Source: an uncultured Thermoplasmata archaeon
GTDB lineage: Archaea; Thermoplasmatota; Poseidoniia; MGIII; CG-Epi1
Direction: 5' to 3'
Assembly (NCBI GenBank): GCA_964015055.1
Contig: CAXHBG010000001.1
Span: 730 to 64,729 of the forward strand
DNA length: 64,000 bases
Position 1 is the first letter of the stretch. Each line of letters opens with the position of its first letter. The position numbers and the translations under genes were made by a program. The notes under the pieces were generated by a model. The model was not told the DNA's origin. It saw only the letters and a list, made by a program, of their open reading frames with translations, and searched no databases. Below, in pieces: positions 58,754-64,000 of the stretch.

Positions 58754-59926
58754 ATGAACCTTGTATCAAGTGAATTAATGCGAAGGGTAAGAGATTCTAT
58801 ACACGATTACATTGATTTAGATGAATTAGAGTCCTCTCTAGTTGATACTGAACCATATCAAAGATTGCGCTGGATAAAGCAATTAGGTTCAGCAAATTTA
58901 GTTTACCCTGGAGCAAACCATACCAGACTTGAACACAGCATAGGTGTTAGCCATCTGGTTAAACAGATGGCTGGACAATCTGATGTTCCTAAAGATGAAA
59001 TACCATTAGTTTCAGTCGCAGGGTTACTTCATGATTTAGGCCATTCTCCATACTCACACTTAGCTGATGAGTTGCCATTTGGTAAAGATCATGTTGAAGT
59101 TACTCAGGATATCATTAATTCTAGTCAAATATCAGGCATTCTAGGCGATCATGGATTAGCCATCAGCGAAGTTTGCAACCTGATCAAAGGTGATCACAAG
59201 TACGGTTCACTAATTTCCGGAGATATTGATGGTGATCGTCTTGATTATCTCATGAGAGATTCACATTATACGGGTGTCAAAACAGGAGTAGACACTGGAA
59301 GATTAGTTACAAAGATGTCAATGGCAGATAATGAGCTAGTAATCGGAGAAAGTGGTTTACCAGTTGTTGAAACTTTCTTGACTTCTCGTTCAATTATGTT
59401 TCCAACTGTTTATTTCCATCCCTTTTCACGAGGGGCTGAATTAATGTTGGCAAGGGCAACTAAAGCTGCTATTGACAATGGTGTCTTTACATATAATTCG
59501 TTTGTTTCTTTCACAGATCATAAATTTTTATCTGAATTAAATTTGGCAGGCGGATTGTCGCAAAAGTTAGTTAATGATTTTGAAAAAAGGAATATAACAA
59601 AAAGGGTAGTTAGTATCACAAAAGATAAAACTGAAGAAATGGGAATTTCCAAGTCAGATGTTGAAGATTTAGAATCATCCATTGCTCAAAAGCTTGATAT
59701 TAATCCGTCACAAATATTTATGGATTTACCACCTTTGAAAGTAGTGCCAGCTATGAAAGTTAAAATTCTTAAAGAAGATGGAACTCTTGATTATGCAAGT
59801 AATATGTCCACTATAACAAAAAATTTATACGAAGCTCAGTTTGATCACTGGAGGTGCCGAATATATGCGCCCTCTAAACTGTCTGATCAAGCCTCAGAAG
59901 TTGCAAGTCGAGAGTTAGGAATTTAA
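58754..59926 (+). CDS. HD-domain metal-dependent phosphohydrolase (dNTP triphosphohydrolase-like, COG1078-type)
   Basis: RLEHSIGVSHL, LLHDLGHSPYSH and DGDRLDYLMRDSHYTGV are the HD motifs. Confidence 0.7.
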   Translation: MNLVSSELMRRVRDSIHDYIDLDELESSLVDTEPYQRLRWIKQLGSANLVYPGANHTRLEHSIGVSHLVKQMAGQSDVPKDEIPLVSVAGLLHDLGHSPYSHLADELPFGKDHVEVTQDIINSSQISGILGDHGLAISEVCNLIKGDHKYGSLISGDIDGDRLDYLMRDSHYTGVKTGVDTGRLVTKMSMADNELVIGESGLPVVETFLTSRSIMFPTVYFHPFSRGAELMLARATKAAIDNGVFTYNSFVSFTDHKFLSELNLAGGLSQKLVNDFEKRNITKRVVSITKDKTEEMGISKSDVEDLESSIAQKLDINPSQIFMDLPPLKVVPAMKVKILKEDGTLDYASNMSTITKNLYEAQFDHWRCRIYAPSKLSDQASEVASRELGI

Positions 59927-61507
59927 ATGTCCAAATCGATACAAAAATTCATTGAAAGTCTGAACTGGAAAATTGAAGACAGTAAATGGGACGGCAATGC
60001 TCATTTATTTTTTGTTAAAGAACCAGATAATTTGGAAGATAAATTTGAGGAGTTACGTTTGGCTCTTAAGACAGCTACTACTTTTGGTGCAGGTCGTCTC
60101 TTCCCAATGCTAAGGAGAACCGGAAATGAATTGATTTTAGTTATTCTTCCTCAACCTTCGTTTGATTATTATGAAAGTAGAATTAATTTGTATTTACTTC
60201 TAGCAACTTTCTTTACTACTACTTGGGCAGGCGCCATGTGGTGGGCCTCGTACGATGACTCCTCAATAATTGAGATGAGCTGGTGGTGGCTTAGAATCCT
60301 CATAAGTCCACAAATATTTTTTATGGGATTTCTTACTTTTTCTTTACCTTTAATGTTAATTCTTGGCGCTCACGAAATGGGGCATTACTACTATGCTAAG
60401 AAGCATAATCTTGATGCTTCCTTACCGTTCTTTTTACCAATGCCTCCAATGATATTTCCATTTGGAACGATGGGCGCCTTTATTTCCATTAGAGAGCCCA
60501 TACCTAATCGGAAAGCACTTCTAGACGTTGGTGCAAGTGGGCCGATTGCAGGTCTTTTAGTTGCTATACCTGTAACTCTGCTCGGTTTTTGGCTAACAGA
60601 ATTTTATGCGAGATCAGTTCCAGTAGATTCAGGGGATTCGCTTTTTTTAGGTTCATCTTTTTTCTTTGAATTACTTTTTTCGATTTCTGAAAACTTAAAC
60701 CCTTCTTCTGGAGACTATCTATCTCATCCAGTTGTCCTTGCAGGATGGACTGGTTTTTTTGTTACAGCACTAAATTTATTGCCTGCAGGTCAGCTTGATG
60801 GTGGACATATAGCACGTTCACTTCTTGGTCCAAAAGCAAATATTTTATCTTTTGCAGTTATAATTTCCCTCATATTAATGACATTTTACGGTATTCCGGG
60901 TTTCGGTCCGCCATACATGGGATGGGCGATTTATGCTCTCCTTATTTATTTTTTAGGAACTTATCATCCTCCACCTTCGGAGGAGATATCTAATCTGGGT
61001 AAATCTAGGGCAATAGTTGGAGTAATTACAGGGATATTGTTACTAACAACTTTTACACCATCTCCTATTTTCACAGTAGACTCGCCATTTTCTTTGAATA
61101 TAGATTCAGACGAAAATGAATTTTTCCAGTATGCAGGCGAAGCTAATACAACTTCCATAAAAATTTGGAATAATGGAGCTGAAGAGGGTTGGGAAAACCT
61201 TTCTGTCAGTATCAATCCATTGGAAAATATTTCAGTATCTCTTGTTGTAGACTTTGTAAACATAAGTTCAGATTCAACAAATATAAATTCTACTTCCAAC
61301 ATTTTTCAAAAATATGTATTTCTAGACTATGAAAATAATATTACATTTTTAAATTTATCTTCAGGCGATTATGCAAATTTAACATTAACGATAACGACCT
61401 TCGAGAATTCAACTTTTGAGGATAGTAAGCTTATTTTGGCAGTAAAAAGCAGAACAGAAGATGTTTATACGTCAACCTTTCATTTGTCGAACAGGGAAAA
61501 GGAATAA
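59927..61507 (+). CDS. M50-family (site-2 protease-like) membrane metalloprotease with C-terminal extracytoplasmic domain
   Basis: HEMGHYYYAKKH is the HExxH motif. LPAGQLDGGHI is the LDG motif in a TM helix. The C-terminal 200 aa are rich in N-x-S/T sequons. Confidence 0.7.
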   Translation: MSKSIQKFIESLNWKIEDSKWDGNAHLFFVKEPDNLEDKFEELRLALKTATTFGAGRLFPMLRRTGNELILVILPQPSFDYYESRINLYLLLATFFTTTWAGAMWWASYDDSSIIEMSWWWLRILISPQIFFMGFLTFSLPLMLILGAHEMGHYYYAKKHNLDASLPFFLPMPPMIFPFGTMGAFISIREPIPNRKALLDVGASGPIAGLLVAIPVTLLGFWLTEFYARSVPVDSGDSLFLGSSFFFELLFSISENLNPSSGDYLSHPVVLAGWTGFFVTALNLLPAGQLDGGHIARSLLGPKANILSFAVIISLILMTFYGIPGFGPPYMGWAIYALLIYFLGTYHPPPSEEISNLGKSRAIVGVITGILLLTTFTPSPIFTVDSPFSLNIDSDENEFFQYAGEANTTSIKIWNNGAEEGWENLSVSINPLENISVSLVVDFVNISSDSTNINSTSNIFQKYVFLDYENNITFLNLSSGDYANLTLTITTFENSTFEDSKLILAVKSRTEDVYTSTFHLSNREKE

Positions 61508-62724
61508 TGTCAGTTTTCGAGGGTAGAGCGTGGATTTCAAATCAAGGGCTAGTTGATGTTTCTATTGAAGTAGAGGAGGGTTACATTTCTTCAGTTAAGA
61601 AAACTAATTCAAATCCAAATAGAGAGAAGGTTGATGGTTTGATTTTACCAGCAGCTATGGACATGCATGTTCATTTCAGAGATCCAGGCTACATCCACAA
61701 AGAAGATTGGAAAACGGGTTCAGAGTCTGCAGCTTGTGGCGGTGTTACAGCAGTAGTAGACATGCCTAATACGAATCCCTTTACATCAGATTATTCACAA
61801 TTTAAGGAAAAGGAAAGAATAGCCAAAGAGAAATCAGTAGTAGATTTTGGAATAGGTATTAACGTTGAGGAGAATTTAATAAAACAAGATTGGTTTGAAA
61901 CAGTTCCGGCTGCATTTTGGAAATTGTATCCGTATGGAGTATCATCAAAAGATTATTTCAGATTAGCACAAGAAGTATTAGATAAAACTAAGAAACCGTT
62001 AGTTGTTCATTGCGAGCATCCAGATTACATGCACAATAACCCTCTAGAGAAACTATCAGATCATACAGAGAATCGTCTATTTGCTGAAGAAAAATGCCTT
62101 TCAGAAATGCCTCCTTCGAAGTATTTGCACGTGGCACATTTATCTACTTCTAACGGGTTAAGAAATCTTCCATCTCATTCTTCAACAGAGGTCTGTCCAC
62201 ACCATCTTTTACTAAATTTGGATAATTGTAGTTCATTAGATTGTAAGGTTGATCCGCCATTACGAACCATTTCGGATAACAAAACTCTTTATGACGCATA
62301 CAGAAGGGGAACAATTCCCATATTGGCTAGTGATCATGCACCGCACACAGTCGAAGAAAAAAAGTCATCATCACCTCCGTCAGGGCTGCCAGGTGTAGAG
62401 ACAATGGTTCCATTGATGCTGCAAGAAGTTGTAGAGAAAAGATTAGATTTGAGCAGGTTAGTGAATAGTATGGCAGAAGCCCCTGCAGATCGGCTTGGAT
62501 TAAGTCGAGGAAGAATAGAAAAGGGTCAGCCTGCAGATTTTATGTTTGTTGATTTGAATAAATCAGAGAAGATTGATGTTGATAAACTTCATTCAAGAGC
62601 TAATTGGTCTCCATTTGAAGATTGGGAAGCAATTTTCCCTTATAAAGTATTCAGTCGAGGTCGACTTATTTCTGAGAATTCAGATATTGTCTCTAGTGGA
62701 GGAGGCATCAACCTCTTTGACTAG
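61507..62724 (+). CDS. pyrC: dihydroorotase
   Basis: DMHVHFRDPG is the metal-binding HxH. DHAPHT is in the C-terminal part. The fold is amidohydrolase. Confidence 0.8.
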   Translation: MSVFEGRAWISNQGLVDVSIEVEEGYISSVKKTNSNPNREKVDGLILPAAMDMHVHFRDPGYIHKEDWKTGSESAACGGVTAVVDMPNTNPFTSDYSQFKEKERIAKEKSVVDFGIGINVEENLIKQDWFETVPAAFWKLYPYGVSSKDYFRLAQEVLDKTKKPLVVHCEHPDYMHNNPLEKLSDHTENRLFAEEKCLSEMPPSKYLHVAHLSTSNGLRNLPSHSSTEVCPHHLLLNLDNCSSLDCKVDPPLRTISDNKTLYDAYRRGTIPILASDHAPHTVEEKKSSSPPSGLPGVETMVPLMLQEVVEKRLDLSRLVNSMAEAPADRLGLSRGRIEKGQPADFMFVDLNKSEKIDVDKLHSRANWSPFEDWEAIFPYKVFSRGRLISENSDIVSSGGGINLFD

Positions 62725-62770
62725 TGGTATCAGGCCAAACCTTAATAATGTCAAAATTTAAATTACTACT

Positions 62771-64000
62771 ATGCGAGGTCTAACCTATACACTCTTTTTA
62801 GTGTGTTTTTCGATTTTACTGATTTCACTCCCTTCTGATGCCGAGGAATATGGAAACACAGAATTCTACTTAGCAAAATCAGGAATTGGCGACGTTTATG
62901 ATTTATCAATAGAAGAGCCCTCTGAAGCTACACCCAAGTATTGGAAGTGTCGTGATGATCCTAATCAAGCTAATACTTTCTTTCCTTTAGTTTCATGGGA
63001 GACAAACATGGGTGGTCCTTTAGAACTAGGAAATTCATACAGCTATAGTTTTTGGGTAGAATCAACTAATGTCCAAGAAATCAGCTTCAAAACTACGTTA
63101 TACATACGCACTCAAGAAGGATTCAATAATTTATCAATTGATGAAGTAAGTAAATCTGCAGGTTTTGGAACATTTTTATCTGAAAATTATACTTTGGATT
63201 TAGAAAGCTCAAGTTTAGATAAAAGTTTATTTCCGGATGGAGTACCGGCTTATACCACACTTGGGCTTAAGCTAGAAACAAGTGTTACTTGGGCTCCAGA
63301 TACTGAGAATAGAACAGTGTGGGTTAAAGGCGCCCACTCAGATTTTCTTTCGTCCTTCATAATTGATTTCAAGCACGTTAATATTGAGAATGATGAGTAT
63401 TATTTTGATAATGATAGGGTAGAAGCGATAGATGGAGATTCTCTTTTTATCAAAGTTAACGTGACTAATGCATTAGGTGCAGATAATTTTGACATTTCAT
63501 CAGCAGAGATAATGATTGAGGGAATCAGTGGAGGAGGGAAATTTAAGGACACAATCCAGTTAAAGGATAAACATACCTATGCAAAATATATTCAAGGTAA
63601 ATGGTGGTACCAAGAAGACAACGGAATAACTAGTGGCAATTATGTTATTAAGTTCTCAGTTAAAGATAATTTTGGTAATACTTGGACTTCTTCAATGTCA
63701 TATTATTTAGAGGTTGATCAGTATGGTTTAGAGGTTCAATTTGACGAGACCAGCAGCCCTAATGGTCAATTACCTAAAGGCGGAAAAACGGATTACTCTT
63801 TTAGAGTACTAAATACAGGAAATACTAGAGATATTTTTTCTATAACTATCGATGATTCAGATGTCCCCTCAGGTTGGCAGATTAGTCTTCAATCAGATTC
63901 CTCAATAGATCTTCAAATGGGACAATCATCATATGTCCAAGTTAGAGTAGAAGCTCCGGTTTCAGCAAAAGGAGGTTCATCAGAGAGAGTGACAATCACA
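62771..64000 (+). CDS. large secreted cell-surface protein with CARDB-like repeats; 3' end lies outside the window
   Basis: I translated this by hand. ATG at 62771 is followed by a signal peptide, MRGLTYTLFLVCFSILLISLPSDA, and a frame open to the window end. FRVLNTGNTRDIFSITIDDSDVPSGWQ is a CARDB-like segment. Confidence 0.5.
   Translation, partial: MRGLTYTLFLVCFSILLISLPSDAEEYGNTEFYLAKSGIGDVYDLSIEEPSEATPKYWKCRDDPNQANTFFPLVSWETNMGGPLELGNSYSYSFWVESTNVQEISFKTTLYIRTQEGFNNLSIDEVSKSAGFGTFLSENYTLDLESSSLDKSLFPDGVPAYTTLGLKLETSVTWAPDTENRTVWVKGAHSDFLSSFIIDFKHVNIENDEYYFDNDRVEAIDGDSLFIKVNVTNALGADNFDISSAEIMIEGISGGGKFKDTIQLKDKHTYAKYIQGKWWYQEDNGITSGNYVIKFSVKDNFGNTWTSSMSYYLEVDQYGLEVQFDETSSPNGQLPKGGKTDYSFRVLNTGNTRDIFSITIDDSDVPSGWQISLQSDSSIDLQMGQSSYVQVRVEAPVSAKGGSSERVTIT

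Noticed and set aside
1-64000. CRISPR arrays, rRNA or transposase/IS elements
   Set aside because: No regularly spaced direct repeats were seen. No long inverted terminal repeats were seen. No transposase- or integrase-like ORFs appear in the ORF track.

Overview
This 64 kb window is AT-rich chromosomal DNA from an archaeon. The gene content fits a marine ammonia-oxidising thaumarchaeon (Nitrosopumilus-like): TFB, pelota, NAC-alpha, ABCE1, an archaeal CCA-adding enzyme, class III (pilin-type) signal peptides, geranylgeranyl reductases and a b6f-type split cytochrome b. I assign this taxonomy by inference from the genes, not by a database search. The window is densely coded, with about 70 protein genes, one tRNA-Gln, and no CRISPR, rRNA or obvious mobile element. 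Housekeeping genes include an M32 carboxypeptidase, CTP synthase, a riboflavin cluster (ribB-ribL-riboflavin synthase-ribH), folD, purM, pyrC, aconitase, pyruvate-phosphate dikinase, PntAB transhydrogenase, acyl-CoA dehydrogenase, thioredoxin reductase, rps15 and TrmI. The most unusual region is a tightly overlapping minus-strand operon at about 7.6-13.8 kb. It encodes a Rieske protein, a b6-like cytochrome b and a subunit-IV-like protein fused to a 2x[4Fe-4S] ferredoxin domain. These are followed by an HdrB-like CCG-domain protein, a flavodoxin-ferredoxin fusion and membrane proteins. That arrangement looks like a complex III with an attached heterodisulfide-reductase-like Fe-S/flavin branch, and an exported membrane-anchored protein upstream is a candidate cytochrome f/c1 analogue. 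Other points of interest are two type IV pilus (Tad/Fla-like) assembly modules with several class III signal-peptide proteins. One pilin gene is flanked by an identical 11-mer and ends in a strong hairpin terminator. There is also an MBL-hydrolase plus split double-stranded beta-helix oxygenase operon, a RusA-like resolvase translationally coupled to folD, and several small conserved operons of unknown function. Gene starts were re-evaluated where 4-nt ATGA overlaps suggested shorter ORFs.
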